Shown here in pieces: positions 11,637 through 24,779 of a stretch of DNA of 64,000 bases (the first letter of the stretch is position 1; every line of letters begins with the position of its first letter). The translations under genes were made by a program, and so were the position numbers. This DNA is from Mobula hypostoma (Eukaryota): assembly GCF_963921235.1 (NCBI RefSeq), contig NC_086097.1, forward strand, positions 99,202,001 through 99,266,000. The letters run 5' to 3'. The notes beneath the pieces were generated by a model. The model saw nothing but the letters and a program-made list of their open reading frames with translations. It had not been told where the DNA came from and ran no database searches.

Positions 11637-13029
11637 CTAGCACAGAACAGAAAGGTGGTGAACAAAGAGATCGAGGACCAACGAATAGTCTCCAGACTTG
11701 AGAAGATAGCCTGAGGTGATCATGCAAGTAATGAATCCGCTTCAGTGTTCACCTGTAGAAGATAATGTAAGACATCCCCACACCATCACCCATCACTGGA
11801 TACCTGCTCAAACTCGTAATGTACTTAATACAATTCAGAAAGTAAAGTCTATTGTTTGCCTCAGCTATCCCATGCAGAGGTAAGTTCCACTGTCACTTTG
11901 CACTTAAGTCAAACTTCTCATGAATGTAAAATTACATTTATTTATGAAAATCTCTGGCTTCAAACAGCTTTCTACTTCTAACCTATACAAAACTTCCTTA
12001 ATTTTAAAATCATCATTTGACTTCTGCTTTTCTAAAGAGATTATAGCTTCCTGTTTCTGATATTTTCATCTGTTCATTTTGTAGAGAACAGAACAGTCCC
12101 TAACTAGTTCATTGGAATTGCCTTGATTTTCCTGCCAAAATTCCGGCATTTGAAGAAGACTAGGATTTAGAATGTTCAAGGACACCTGAGCCCAAATGAC
12201 CTAAGTCTACATGACAGCAACATGATGGTGCATAGTTCCTGCCAACGATTCACAGCTCAGGGTTCTGGTTCCGTCTCGGCCTCATGTGCTTCCTGCGGCT
12301 GTGTGGGTTTCCACTGCTGTTCCAATTTCCTCTTTCACCTGGAAAACCAGCTGGTATGCTAACTGTGCTGGAAATTATCTGTAAATATAGTTAAGTTGTT
12401 TAAGAACCAAAAGGGAGATAATGGCATATAAGAAAGAATAAAGCTTCAGGTAGAGGAGGGAATGGGACTTGTGGGATAGCTCTGCTGGGATTTGATGTGG
12501 TTAGTGTCCTTCTTCTGTGCTTTAGTAAGTAGCTAAGTCTTCCTCCTCATTATGTGCATGGAAATTGCTAAATTTCATGCCTCCTTTGGCATCTACACAT
12601 TGCCTGAAGGTTTCTGGGAATACATAATAGCTGAAATAATTAGCTTTGGCTCACTTAGTCATGTTGACACCTTGGGCACTGTTAAGGCAACAGCTCAGGA
12701 CAAAAGTTCATAATCTGGATTGATAACACCAGAGCAACACTGAGGACAATGCAATACTGACAGAAACCTGGTCTTCAGTTAACCACTAGATCGCTGAATC
12801 TGTGATGTACAGGTCCTGACCAACTACCTTCTCCTCAACAATGCTAGCAAAAATAAATTGATCCACCAGCTTTCCAGTTCACCACTTCCAATCAGTTAAC
12901 CGGTATGTAGCGTGGCTTACTCTCAAAGGTGACCTTATGACTCAACTAGTACCTGTGGAATGTATTGGCACGGCTGACTAACCACGTAGCTTCTGTTGGG
13001 TGCTCCTCCCAAGGAAGTATTGCAACTTC

Positions 13030-13430
13030 CCACTCACTCAACAAAAGAGCTGATTGCTGATTTCAGGAAGGGAAAGGAGGGAGGATACACACCTGCCTAT
13101 ACCGAGGGATCAGTGGTGGAGAGAGTCAGCAGCTGTAAATTCCTGGGCATTACCTTCTCAAATAACCTGTCCTGTGCACAGCACTTGGATACTGTCATAC
13201 GGAAAGCACACACCACAGTCTTTACTTCCTTTGGAAGTGAGGGAGGCTTGGCTTGACACCAAGCACTCTAACACACTTCCACAGATGTACTGTTGATGGT
13301 AGCCTGACTGGATGCATTATTGTCTTATTCACCAATCTGAATGTGCGGGAACACAAGAGAATAGTGGAATCTGCCCAGCACATCACTGGCTCATCCCTCC
13401 CCTCCCCCACCATTGGACGTATCTACAGGA
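13030..13430 (+). mobile_element. Rex1/Babar-like LINE fragment, interrupted by a CR1 and resuming at ~15575-15950
   Basis: TKELIADFRK...VERVSSCKFLGI; LTHFHRCTVDGSLTGCI. Confidence 0.7.
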
Positions 13431-13431
13431 C

Positions 13432-15575
13432 ATAGAACATAGAACATAGAATAGTACAGCACAGTATAGGACCTTCGGCCCACAATGTTGTGCCGACTCT
13501 CAGACCCTGCCTCCCATATAAGCCCCCACCTTAGATTCCTCCATATACCTGTCTAGTAGTCTCTTAAACTTCACTAGTGTATCTGCCTCCACCACTGACG
13601 CAGGCAGTGCATTCCACGCACCAACCACTCTCTGATTAAAAAACCTTCCTCTAATATCCCCCTTGAACTTCCCACCCCTTACCTTAAAGCCATGCCCTCT
13701 TGTATTGAGCAGTGGTGCCCTGGGGAAGAGGCGCTGGCTATCCACTCTATCTATTCCTCTAAATATCTTGTACACCTCTATCATGTCTCCTCTCATCCTC
13801 CTTCTCTCCAAAGAGTAAAGCCCTAACTCCCTTAATCTCTGATCATAATGCATACTTTCTAAACCAGGCAGCATCCTGGTAAATCTCCTCTGTACCCTTT
13901 CCAATGCTTCCACATCCTTCCTATAGTGAGGCAACCAAAACTGGACACAGTACTCCAAGTGTGACCTAACCAGAGTTTTAAAGAGCTGCATCATTACCTC
14001 GCGACTCTTAAACTCTGTCCCTCGACTTATGAAAGCTAACACACCATAAGCTTTCTTAACTACCCTATCCACCTGTGAGGCAACTTACAGGGATCTGTGG
14101 ACATGTACCCCGAGATCCCTCTGCTCCTCCACACTACCAAGTATCCTGCCATTTACTTTGTACTCTGCGTTGGAGTTTGTCCTTCCGAAGTGTACCACCT
14201 CACATTTCTCTGGGTTGAACTCCATCTACTACTTGTCAGCCCACTTCTGCATCCTATCAATGTCTCTCTGCAATCTTTGACAATCCTCTACACTATCTAC
14301 AACACCACCAACCTTTGTGTCGTCTGAAAACTTGCCAACCCACCCTTCTACCCCCACATCCAGGTCGTTGACAAAAATCACGAAAAGTAGAGGTCCCAGA
14401 ACAGATCCTTGTGGGTCACCACTAGTCACAATCCTCCAATCTGAATGTACTCCCTCCACCACCACCCTCTGCCTTCTGCAGGCAAGCCAATTCTGAATCC
14501 ACCTGGCCAAACTTCCCTGGATCCCATGCCTTCTGATTTTCTGAGTAAGCCTACCATGTGGAACCTTGTCAAATGCCTTACTAAAATCCATATAGATCAC
14601 ATCCACTGCACTACCCTCATCTATATGCCTGGTCACCTCTTCAAAGAACTCTATCAGGCTTGTTAGACACGATCTACCCTTCACAAAGCCATGCTGACTG
14701 TCCCTGATCAGACCATGATTCTCTAAATGCCCAGAGATCCTATCTCTAAGAATCTTTTCCAACAGTTTTCCCACCACAGATGTAAGGCTCACTGGTGTAT
14801 AATTACTCGGACTATCCCTACCACCTTTTTTGAACAAGGGGACAATATTCACCTCCCTCCAATCCCTCGGTACCATTCCCGTGGACAACGAGGACATAAA
14901 GATCCTAGCCAGAGGCTCAGCAATCTCTTCCCTCGCCTCATGGAGCAGCCTGGGGAATATTCTGTCAGGCCCTGGGGACTTATTCGTCCTAATGTATTTT
15001 AACAACTCCAACACCTCCTCTCCCTTAATATCAACATGCTCCAGATCCTCAACCTCACTCATATTGTCCTCACCATCACCAAGTTCCCTCTCATTGCTGA
15101 ATACCGAAGAGAAGTATTCATTGAGGACCTCGCTCACTTCCACAGCCTCCAGGAACATCTTCTCACCTTTATGTCTAATCGGTCCTACCTTCACTCCTGT
15201 CATCCTTTTTTTCTTCACATAATTGAAGAATGCCTTGGGGTTTTCCTTTACCCTACTCGCCAAGGCCTTCTCATGCCCCCTTCTTGCTCTTCTCAGCCCC
15301 TTCTTAAGCTCCTTTCTTGCTTCCCTATATTCCTCAATAGACCCATCTGATCCCCCTCGCTTCCTAAACCTCACGTATGCTACCTTCTTTCACCTGACTA
15401 GATTTTCCACCTCACTTGTCACCCATGGTTCCTTCACCCTACCATTCTTTATCTTCCTCACCAGGACAAATTTATCCCTAACATCCTGCAAGAGATCTCT
15501 AAACATCGACCACATGTCCATAGTACATTTCCCTGCAAAAACATCATCCCAATTCACACCCGCAAGTTCTAGCCT
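13432..15575 (-). mobile_element. CR1 LINE, 5'-truncated (ORF2 RT, C-terminal domain and 3' tail)
   Basis: ORFs 14229-15374 (KSPGPD, QHGFVKGRSCLT, DFSKAFDKVPH, PQGSVLGPLLF, FSDD) and 13500-14072; (TTCTATG)n tail at 13432-13450. Confidence 0.92.
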
Positions 15576-16277
15576 ACCTCAGGAAGGCAACGTTCATCAT
15601 CAACGAGTCCCCTCATCTGGGCCATGTCACCTTTTCACAGCTACCATTGGGCAAGAGGTACAGAAACCTGAAGTCGGATTCCACCAGATTCCAGAACAGC
15701 TACTTCTCTTCAAACATCCGATTCTTGAATTTTAATCACTACAGATTAGCAACACTTTGATCACTTTGCTCTAAAATGGATTTTTTAGGTCCTAATTGTG
15801 TTCTTTCTTGTAAGATTGTGTATAAATTATACTTATACAATGCTACTGCCTGTGATGTTGGTGCAAGTATAATTTTCCTTGCATCTGTGCATACACGTTC
15901 TTGTGCATACGTCAATAAATTTGGCGTTGACCTTGTTAGGTTAATTGTTGACTGTAAATCACCCATATGACAAAATAATCGAAAAGCAGGTGAGAGCAAG
16001 TTGCAGGGGAGCGGGGAGAATACCGGGAGGCTGAATGGGCCTGAGGAGCTGACTGCTGGGGTCCAACATGGAGCTGGTGGGCCAATAAGCTGCTGTCTGT
16101 GTTATAAGAGCCTACATACTGTCCAGATGTGTTCTGGAAAGGAATTTAATCACTGTATTGAGAGCTGGTACCATGAGCTTTACACGAGGAAATCTGCAGA
16201 TGCTGGAATTTCAAGCAACACACATAAAAGTTGCTGGTGAACGCAGCAGGCCAGGCAGCATCTCTAGGGAGAGGTAC

Positions 16278-16313
16278 AGTCGACGTTTCAGGCCGAGACC
16301 CTTCGTCAGGACT
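16278..16313 (-). ncRNA. Minimal type I hammerhead ribozyme motif (Penelope-associated)
   Basis: AGUC-CUGACGA-AGG(GUCUCGG)CCU-GAAAC-GUC-GACU: stem I, CUGANGA core, stem II, GAAA and a GUC cleavage triplet. Stem III is reduced to palindromic ACGU. Confidence 0.7.
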
Positions 16314-16755
16314 AACTGAAAGAAGAGCTAGTAAGAGATTTGAAAGTGGGAGGGGGAGGGGGAGAGCCACACTCAGGTTGGAGGAACAACACCTTATATT
16401 CCGTCTGGGTAGCCTCCAACCTGATGGCATGAACATTGACTTCTCAAACTTCCGCTAATGCCCCACCTCCGCTTCGTACCCCATCCGTTATTTATTTATA
16501 TACACACATTCTTTTTCTCTCTCTCCTTTTTCTCCCTCTGTCCCTCTCACTATACCCCTTGCCCATCCTCTGGGCTTTCCCCCCTCCCCCTTTTCCTTCT
16601 CCCTGGGCCTCCTGTCCCATGATCCTCTCATATCCCTTTTGCCAATCACCTGTCCAGCTCTTGGCTCCATCCCTCCCCCTCCTGTCTTCTCCTATCATTT
16701 TGGATCTCCCCTCCCCCTTCCACTTTCAAATCTCTTACTAGCTCTTCCTTCAGTT

Positions 16756-16791
16756 AGTCCTGATGAAGGGTCTCGGCCCGAAATATCGGCT
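16756..16791 (+). ncRNA. Minimal type I hammerhead ribozyme motif (second copy)
   Basis: AGUC-CUGAUGA-A-GGG(UCUCGG)CCC-GAAAU-AUC-GGCU; same fold with an AUC triplet. Confidence 0.6.
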
Positions 16792-16888
16792 GTACCTCTT
16801 CCTAGAGATGCTGCCTGGCCTGCTGCATTCACCAGCTACTTTTATGTGTGTTACCATGAGCTTCAGTTAGATTATAGCCTTTTTCTTA

Positions 16889-17286
16889 GTGTGGCTGGAT
16901 GAAGATATGTCTCTACCAAAGGAGGTGTAAGTTGTTCCTTCCCTCCGCTAGCCTGCAGGTGACCCTTGGGCAAGGTGTAGCACCTGCTTATCACACCCCA
17001 CCCTCTCCCCTGATCAGGGTCACGTGAACCCATGGGAGCAGGTGGTGGATGGTCATATGAGCTGCTGATACATATCACAAGTCCTGGTTAAGTGACCACT
17101 GATGCCAGGAAGGCAATCCCCAAAGAGTATTGATAATGGCTGGAGTCACTCATCTCGTAAAGACACTGCCCAGAAAAAGACAATAGCAAACCACTTCTGT
17201 AAAGAAATTTGCCAAGAACAATCATGGTCATGGAAAGATAGTGATCATCTATGTCATACGACATGGCACATAACAAACAAACAAAT
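16889..17286 (+). mobile_element. Short non-autonomous RTE-derived retroposon, copy 1
   Basis: Shared ~390-bp sequence with 18581-18925 and 27227-27614. 3' part (consensus cccagaagaaggcaatggcaaaccacttctg) resembles RTE/BovB tails; (CAAA)n tail. Confidence 0.65.
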
Positions 17287-17454
17287 AGCCGTCTAGTATC
17301 CTTGGGTTAAAAAAGACCTGAGTTTGTATAAAGCCTTCATGACTTCAGGACCTGCCAGATTGCTACTCCACGCATGTCAGCAGAAAGGTCAGATCCACGT
17401 GTACTGAAGCAAGGAGCAGTTGCTTTTCCCCTGAGTAAGATAGGTTTGACTTAC

Positions 17455-17571
17455 TTCTTCAACTGTGATGGAGGCAATTTGAAAGCGTAGTATAATCATC
17501 CAGATCAAACCCAAGATCAGGGTGTGGTCGCCATCCACTATATTTTCAGGCCCAATCAAATTCACATTTAT
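17455..17571 (-). CDS. SPTBN5: SPTBN5 coding exon (end of CH1)
   Basis: 117 nt, [39 protein letters not shown]; ttacag| acceptor and |gtaagt donor; phase 0/0. Confidence 0.93.
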
Positions 17572-18115
17572 CTGTAAGCAGGAGAGAGGGCACATTTCAC
17601 TATCAGGGTCAACAAACAACCTACTGGAGGAACTTTTGTGGGAGGAAAGGAATTGTTAATGCTCTGGTTGAAAACCTGCGTCAGTAGTGAGAGGGCCAGT
17701 ATGAAAAGTCCAGATATGAGGGTGTCTGCACACACATAACATGACAGATACATTAGTGTCCACAGACTCACAGAGGATATGGCCCCTTAAACTGCCACCC
17801 AATGTATTTACTGATTCCAGCAAAATTAACTATGTTCAGACAATTTCACTTCTCGGCTCTCAGTCCATAGACTTATTGGTCAGATAGGTACCTTTGTATT
17901 GTGATGAGGATTTCTACCACCAACCATTCAGGAATGAGTTCAACCTCAATGCAGCTTGGAGATTCTACAAGCACCATGAATTGGAGAAAACATGCACAAA
18001 AATTGTGAGTCGGAAGTCCATCAAATGACAACATTGGAACACTTCTCCAGAGATAGGATTTTGCATCAATAAAGTGAGACACAGTCAGCTTTCTTGTAAT
18101 ATAGTGAATACTTAC

Positions 18116-18283
18116 CTTGGTTTTCAAAAAGGCAATGGCTCTGCTGTTGTTCTCCAGGTAGTGAACTCTCATTCTACCTCTGTTGGGTCTCTTTAGCTTC
18201 TCTCCTGAGATGAGTTCCAACAGACTAATGAGGATGATTCCATCTTTCAGGTCAGTGTACAAGTCATTCACAAAAGCCTTCAC
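18116..18283 (-). CDS. SPTBN5: SPTBN5 coding exon (CH1)
   Basis: 168 nt, VKAFVNDLYTDLKDGIILISLLELISGEKL...ENNSRAIAFLKTK; attcag| acceptor and |gtaagt donor; phase 0/0. Confidence 0.93.
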
Positions 18284-18580
18284 CTGAATCAAATAAGAAA
18301 ATAAAATGAAATATCTAAAAGGTGAGAAAATTCAATATCTTAGTCTATAACTAAAACCATCCACTGAAACTTCCTCCCATTAATTACACCATCCACCTTA
18401 CATTCCGTGGCCATCCACCAGCTCATGAAAGCATGGACTCTGGTAATCCATATAATCACTCACAAACTCTCCGTCTTATCGTGGATTTCAGTCACCCACA
18501 TAAACTCTTCCCATAGTTTCCACCTGAAAAGCAATAAAAAGCCAAGAGTCTGAATGTTCTTTTCTTTACATTCTGTAATG

Positions 18581-18925
18581 AGGAAGGGATGGCGGGGTGG
18601 AGACGTGCCTCTGCCAAAGGAGGTGTAAGGTGCTCCTTCCCTCTACAGGTCACCCTTGGACAAGGTGTAACACCTGCTTAGCCCCCCAATCAGGGTCATG
18701 TGAAACCACGGGAGCAGCTGGTGGATGGTCATGTGCATATCACTAGTCCTGGTTATGCCATCAGTGACACTGGGCAGACAATCTCTTCGGAGTATTGATA
18801 ATGGATGGGGTCACCCCTCTTGTATAGACACTGCCCAGAAGAAGGAAATGGCAAGCCACTTCTGCAGAAAAATTTGCTGAAACAATCATCTCTGTCATAT
18901 GACACAGCACATAATGATGATGATG
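18581..18925 (+). mobile_element. Short non-autonomous RTE-derived retroposon, copy 2
   Basis: Same family; (GAT)n tail. Confidence 0.65.
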
Positions 18926-19454
18926 AATGAGCAAGATCATATGACCAAATTATAGAACCCCTTTCTTATTCTTACTATCTAAACTTATCTGTGGCTTTCA
19001 ATTTATTTTCCAATGTGGAATGCAAAACTAGCTCCATCAGAAGGTTTTATTAAGTATGTACGGGGTGTTAGATGACCCTTGCCTCGCCCAAGCCTGGAAA
19101 TCACGTATTACCAGACTATAAGCAGCAAGAACACAGACTGAACAGCTTCATCCAGTCCCTAATGCTGTTGAGATTCAGAGAATGATTACGACAAACTAGG
19201 CGACTGCCTCACAAAGTTGGAAGCAGTTGAGTTGCATGCTTCTCAGACTTCAGCAATAGAAACCATAGAAACTACAGCACAGAAACAGGCCTCTTGGCCC
19301 TTCTTGGCTGTGCCGAACCATTTTCTGCCTAGTCCCACTGACCTGCACACCCTAGTTCTAGTCTGATCATTTTCATCATTGAGTTTTGTTGGATGGACAG
19401 TGCCGTAGAATTTGCCTAGTTAAAGTCCTAGGTTACAAAGTCAACCATGGAGGT

Positions 19455-20900
19455 TAGTAACACAAGAGACTGCTGATTCCCAGAACCTGCAGCAAAGAAA
19501 AAATAAGTTTTGAGCGGACGACAGTGCGGAGGCAGAGGGATGGTCAATGTTTCAGATTGAGACTGTGCGTCAGGACTGAGGATGTAGAAGGGAGACAGCC
19601 TGTATAAAGCGGTGAGAGGGAGGAGTGAGGCAGGGTCTGGAAAGTGGCAGGTGGGTCCAGGTGAGGAAGGATTAATGGGCAGAGGCAGCAGGTGGAAAGG
19701 ATGGTGGAAGGGAGAGTCTGAGAAGTGATTGAGCTGCAGATTACAGAATACATTAAGAAAGAGAGATGATAAGTGGAATCAGGTAAAGGAGGAATGGTGG
19801 AACAAGTAACGGAAAGGAGACCATGGACCTCGTGGATTGAGTGTGTGGGTGGCAGCCAGGTGGAATCAGATGGTTGAAGGAAAAGAAATGGGTAACAGAG
19901 AGCCAAGGGGGTGTGTGTGGTTACAAAGAAGATATTGTGTGTGAGTGTCTGTGTGGATTACAGGAGAGGAAAAGGAAGAGAAGAGGGGCATGTCACCTGA
20001 AGTAGAATTCAATGCTCAGGTGGAATAGGAGGTGTGATTCCTTTAGTTTGCATTTGGCCTCATCTTGGCAGTAGCAGCGGCCGAAGGCATATTGGTGTGG
20101 GGATAGGGAGGGGATTTTAAATAGTTTGAGGCCAGGAGCTTGAGACAGTTATTGTAAGCAGAGCATAGGTGTCCATCAAAGCTGTGCGTAGTCTTTCTGA
20201 AGTAGAAGAGGTCACATTGCAAGGACCAAATGTTGTAGGTGAGGGTGAAGGAGGTGCACCTAAGAAGGCTGCTTATGTCCCTGGATGATGGTAAGTAGGA
20301 GGCGTTGGAACTCTTAAAGTTGCAGAGGGAAGTGACAGAGGATGGGGAAGGATGAGTGAAACAGGGAGTCATGGAGAGAGTGGTCCATGTGAGAAGTAGA
20401 AAGGGGTGGGGTGGGGAAGATGTGACTGGTGTTGGGATTGCACTGCAGCTGGTGGCAATGACTGAATGTGATGTGCTGGAAAGGAAGCTAGCAGGGTAAA
20501 AGATAAACACCAACAGAACTCTAGCTCGTAGCTGTGTGGTGAGGAATTGGCATTGAGACTGGTCTATTATTGTAACAGCGTAAGGCTTCTTCTGCACACT
20601 GTTCATACAGGTCAGACCGTTACACAGAGCACTGAGGCAGAGCAAGGTAAAACAATAACAATGCAGAATAAAGTGTAACAGCTACACAGAAAGGAGGTGT
20701 GGTGAGAGGAGAAGTGAGGGAAAGGGAGAAGGTGTGGGTGAGGCTCCATCAACCACAGCCAAGGGGATCCTCCATTTCACAAAAAATGAGGGCATTTCAG
20801 ATGTCCCGCAGTAGAAAACCATCATGTAGAGAACAGATTCCTGCTGCAGGAGATTAGTGAATGGAAAAACAACAGGACAGTTGGAACATCAATTCAGAAC
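19455..20900 (-). mobile_element. Degenerate Penelope-like element fragments (pseudo-LTR and GIY-YIG region), with a small LINE-tail insert at ~20570-20690
   Basis: Minus-strand cagtcctgacgca...ctgaaacattgacc hammerhead-like remnant near 19545-19578, purine-rich pseudo-LTR, and gatgaggccaaatgcaaacta endonuclease remnant. Confidence 0.55.
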
Positions 20901-21469
20901 ATACAAAATTATCCAGTTCACTGGTGGGAGTAAATGGCATGTAGAGTGATTTCACTGATTTGACCCCTGGAATGAGAGGGCTGTCCTGCGAAGACTAGGT
21001 GCGTTCAGGTGAAGTTAGCATCCATCTAGGCATCCAGGTAAATCAAATGTCCCATGTATTTAACTAATTGACCTTGAGTTATACTGTACAATCTTAAATT
21101 ATGACATTTTGCCATTGAGCGCTACATCTTAATGATTGACCCTTCCAGAAACATCCGTATTTGTATGTGAAAAGAAACACTTTACAGTTTCAAAGATGAG
21201 ATAGTTTCATTCTCCTCCTGCATAATGGCTGAATAAAACTCATATGACATAAGACAAAATTAGTCACCAGTAACTTTACGTAGCAATACACATGTTAAAT
21301 ATAAGACCATAAGACACAGGAGAAGAATTAAACCACTTGGCCCATTGAGTCTGCTCTGCCATTCCACAATGGCTGATCTATTATCCCTTTCAACCCCATT
21401 CACCTGCCTTCCCCCATAACCTTTGATGCTCTGACTGATTAAAACCTATAAACCTCAGCTTTAAATATA

Positions 21470-21840
21470 CGCACACACAAAATGCTGGAGGAACTCAGCA
21501 GGCCAGGCAGCATCAATGGAAAAAAGTACAGTTGACATTTCAGGCTGAGATCCTTCAGCAGGACCTAGAAATACTGGAGGAAAGTAGTTCTGGACTAAAA
21601 AGAACAAGCAATGTCTTACCCAACTGAGGAATATGTAGGAAAACACTATAGTTTTATCTCATTGCAGAATAAGTAACAAGGACCCATACCCCTTACATTG
21701 CTTTCATTGACTTGTTCTGCCGAAGGATATCGGACGAAATGTCAATAGTACTTTTTTCCCATTGATGCTGCCTGGCCTGCTGAGTTCCTCCAGCATTTTG
21801 TGTGTGCTGCTTGGATTTCCAGCGTCTGCGGATTTTCAAA
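21470..21840. mobile_element. Two oppositely oriented Penelope-like pseudo-LTR tails
   Basis: cacacacaaaatgctggaggaactcagcaggccaggcagcatc at ~21472-21515 and its reverse complement at ~21763-21806; both carry degenerate hammerhead cores. Confidence 0.7.
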
Positions 21841-24234
21841 GATTCTGTAATGAGATCAAATTATAGTCTTTTCCTACACATTCCTCAGTTGGGTAAGACA
21901 TTCCAGGCCATTATGATCCTCTGGTTATTGCATAAGTAAGTCAGTTGTTCCTTCCCCGATTATGGACTCCACACCCATTTATTGATTCATCTCTGCCCAG
22001 CTTTATCTGAACATTTTGTACATTACTCCTGATGCAAGATCTAATCAAGAAAGAAGAATATAAATAAAGTAAACAAGCTGTAAGATACAGTGGGTGTTCA
22101 ATATAAGCAGTGAACAATGCAGAGAATGAGAAAGCCATGACAAGGGGAAAAGCAAACTCTCACTGTCCTCTGAAGCTAAACAACTAAAGGTTCAAAGCTG
22201 AACGGTTAATGGCTGGAAACAGAAATCTGCTTTTTCATGGTATTGGAACCTCATCATGATTCACAGGAAATAAATGATTTTAAAATATCACTGACATATT
22301 ATAGGAATATAAGCAACAAGGACCAGCTCAGTGCAATGGAAAATGTCTTTTATCAAGAACAAACATAACACTGCCTGACTTGCCAAGTGCTCGGGATTTC
22401 CGGCATCTGCGGAATCTCGTGTGTCTATTTATTTTTTTGTCTTTTAAGCACATTTCTCGTTCATTGATATTCGTTGCTGACTTCTCTATTGTCCCAAATT
22501 AGCTTCAGAAATCCTGGAGTCACCTCTGCATTGAGAAAGAACCTGCATTTATATAACACTACTCAGTCTCTGGATATCCCAAAGTGCATTAATAACCAAT
22601 GAAGTTTTTTTGGAATTGTTAGTCACAACTATAATTCAGTTGACATGATGCAGAAATGTGCTGTACTACTAAACACAATATGTTAGGCACTAAGTGGTAT
22701 ATACTTTGAAGCTCTAAACTTCAAATAACAAGCCAAAATCAGATCTAGACTTAGGATGTAAGCCAACATAATTTATTCAATGTGAAACATATAAATAGCT
22801 CATTTGAGATAAGTACCAAAATTTATACCTTAATGTGCTAATGATGCATCGCCTTGATCTCTGAAAACAATTGCTTCTTTCTTTAGTATATACAAATCAC
22901 ACATAGAATTAAATTTATGCATACTATTTGCAGCATAAACTGAATCAGCTGTGAATTTGGAGCTGCAGGTGAATTTGTTATTCTGGCAACAATATTTTGA
23001 AATTTACTGGCTAATTCCCTTCTCATTGCTTGAACATGGCTATTTGAGAACCTCCATCACTGATGTTCGATGCATTGATCAGATGCAAAGCATTTCAAGA
23101 GAAAATATCGTCAAACAAACTAGCTCATTTAATTAAATACACTAGCTGTTATTTAAAGAATCCAAACAAATTATGGAATAAATCTTCAATCCCTCACTAT
23201 TGAAAGCTAAATGAGATTATCCAGCAAGAATCTTGACAGAATTATTGATGTAAATTGTGCACACTGAAGGTCTGCTCATTACTTTTACTGCGTTTTTCTA
23301 CCTGATAATTTTTAAAAGGTTTAGTGATTCCTTGATATAAACTGGTATTAAACCATGTGTCTTCCTGAGTAATAGATTAATTCAAACAAAAAAAGCTAAA
23401 TTTCTACATTTCAATGCTGACTCAGTTCAGACAACTGAGATATTTTGGGATTGTGATAGTTAATTTGAAAATATGCTGTATTCTTCCTTTCTTGGGTAAA
23501 ACACACTTATTACACAAGATTATTCGATGCGTCACTTGGGATAAAGTAATAGAACAAAACCGGAAGAGGTTAAAAATGTCTCTCTATCTTCAGGAAGCAA
23601 ATGGTGTAGGAGATTGAGCAGACAATAACAAAGAAAAGGGACCTAGGCTAGCACACTGACTATTACTGGGGCAGTGTCCAAAAGCAAGCTAATCCTCGTA
23701 GAATCCACTTCATGCTATCCAAATGGGAAAAAGTCAGCCATTTCCTTCACAGAGGTTGTCTGGAATTTCTCAGATTTTAACATAACTGAAAAAAATCCCA
23801 ATGATCTACAGTTCATTGAGTCATCGACTAAGTAAAGCATCCCTTCAGTCCAGCTAGTTCAAACAGCCATCAACCACCAAGCAACCATGAACACTAATCA
23901 CACACAAAATCCTGGAGGAACTCAGCAGGTCAGGCAGCATCTATGGGGAGGAATAATCAGCTGATATTTCAGACCAAGACACTGATTCAGATTTCCATTG
24001 TGTGTGTGTGTAAGCTACCAGACAGCATTGATTGTGAGTGTCGAGCCGAGAGTACAGGCTGTGAAAGGTAATCAGAGGGGTGTGTGTATACTCATTTGAT
24101 GGACACTGAGGATGGATAAAAGCATAAGTATAGTGTAGCTACTGAGAGCACTTGGGTAGTGTCGGAGACACCGCTTGGGAGACTGGAGGTATGTGTGTAT
24201 GTGCATAGACTATTTTCTAAACAGGGAGAAAAGA

Positions 24235-24727
24235 TGAGAAAGGAAGAATGTGCTGGCATTGGAGAGGGTCCAGAGGAGGTTCACAAGAATGATACCGGGT
24301 ATGAAAGGGTTACTGTGTGAGGAGCATTTGATGATGCTGGGCTGTATTCACTGGAGTTCAGAAGAATGCGTGGGGTCTCATAGAAACCTATCGAATATTG
24401 AAAGACCTAGATAGAGTGGATGTGGAGAGGATGTTTCCTACAATGGAGTCCAGGACCAGAGGGTACATTCTCAGACTAGAAGGATGTCATTTAGAACAAT
24501 GAGGAGAAATTTCTTTAGCCAGAGGGGAGTGATTCTGTGGAATTTATTGCCACAGAATGCTGTGGAGGCCAAATCATAGGGTACAGTCTATTTAAGACGG
24601 AGTTTGATAGGCTTTTGATTATTCAGGGTGTCAAAGGTTACAGACAGAAGCCAGGAGAATGCAGTTGAGTAGAAAAATAAATCAGCCATGATGAATGGCT
24701 AAATTCTGCTCCTAAGTCTTATGGTTT
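24235..24727 (+). mobile_element. CR1 LINE 3' fragment
   Basis: Encodes LALERVQRRFTRMIPGMKG...; ends in a ctcctaagtcttatgg tail. Confidence 0.8.
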
Positions 24728-24779
24728 TATATAATCTGTCTGAATGATACTGAGGAACAATAGTGAGTAGAGTACCGAA

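Larger units (their letters stand above)
16181..16851 (+). mobile_element. Penelope-like element, 5'-truncated, with inverted pseudo-LTR
   Basis: 12-bp TSD TACCATGAGCTT (16169-16180 and 16852-16863); ~149-bp inverted repeats at 16217-16365 and 16705-16852; GIY-YIG C-terminal peptide ATLRLEEQHLIFRLGSLQPDGMNIDFSNFR* at 16366-16458. Confidence 0.85.
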
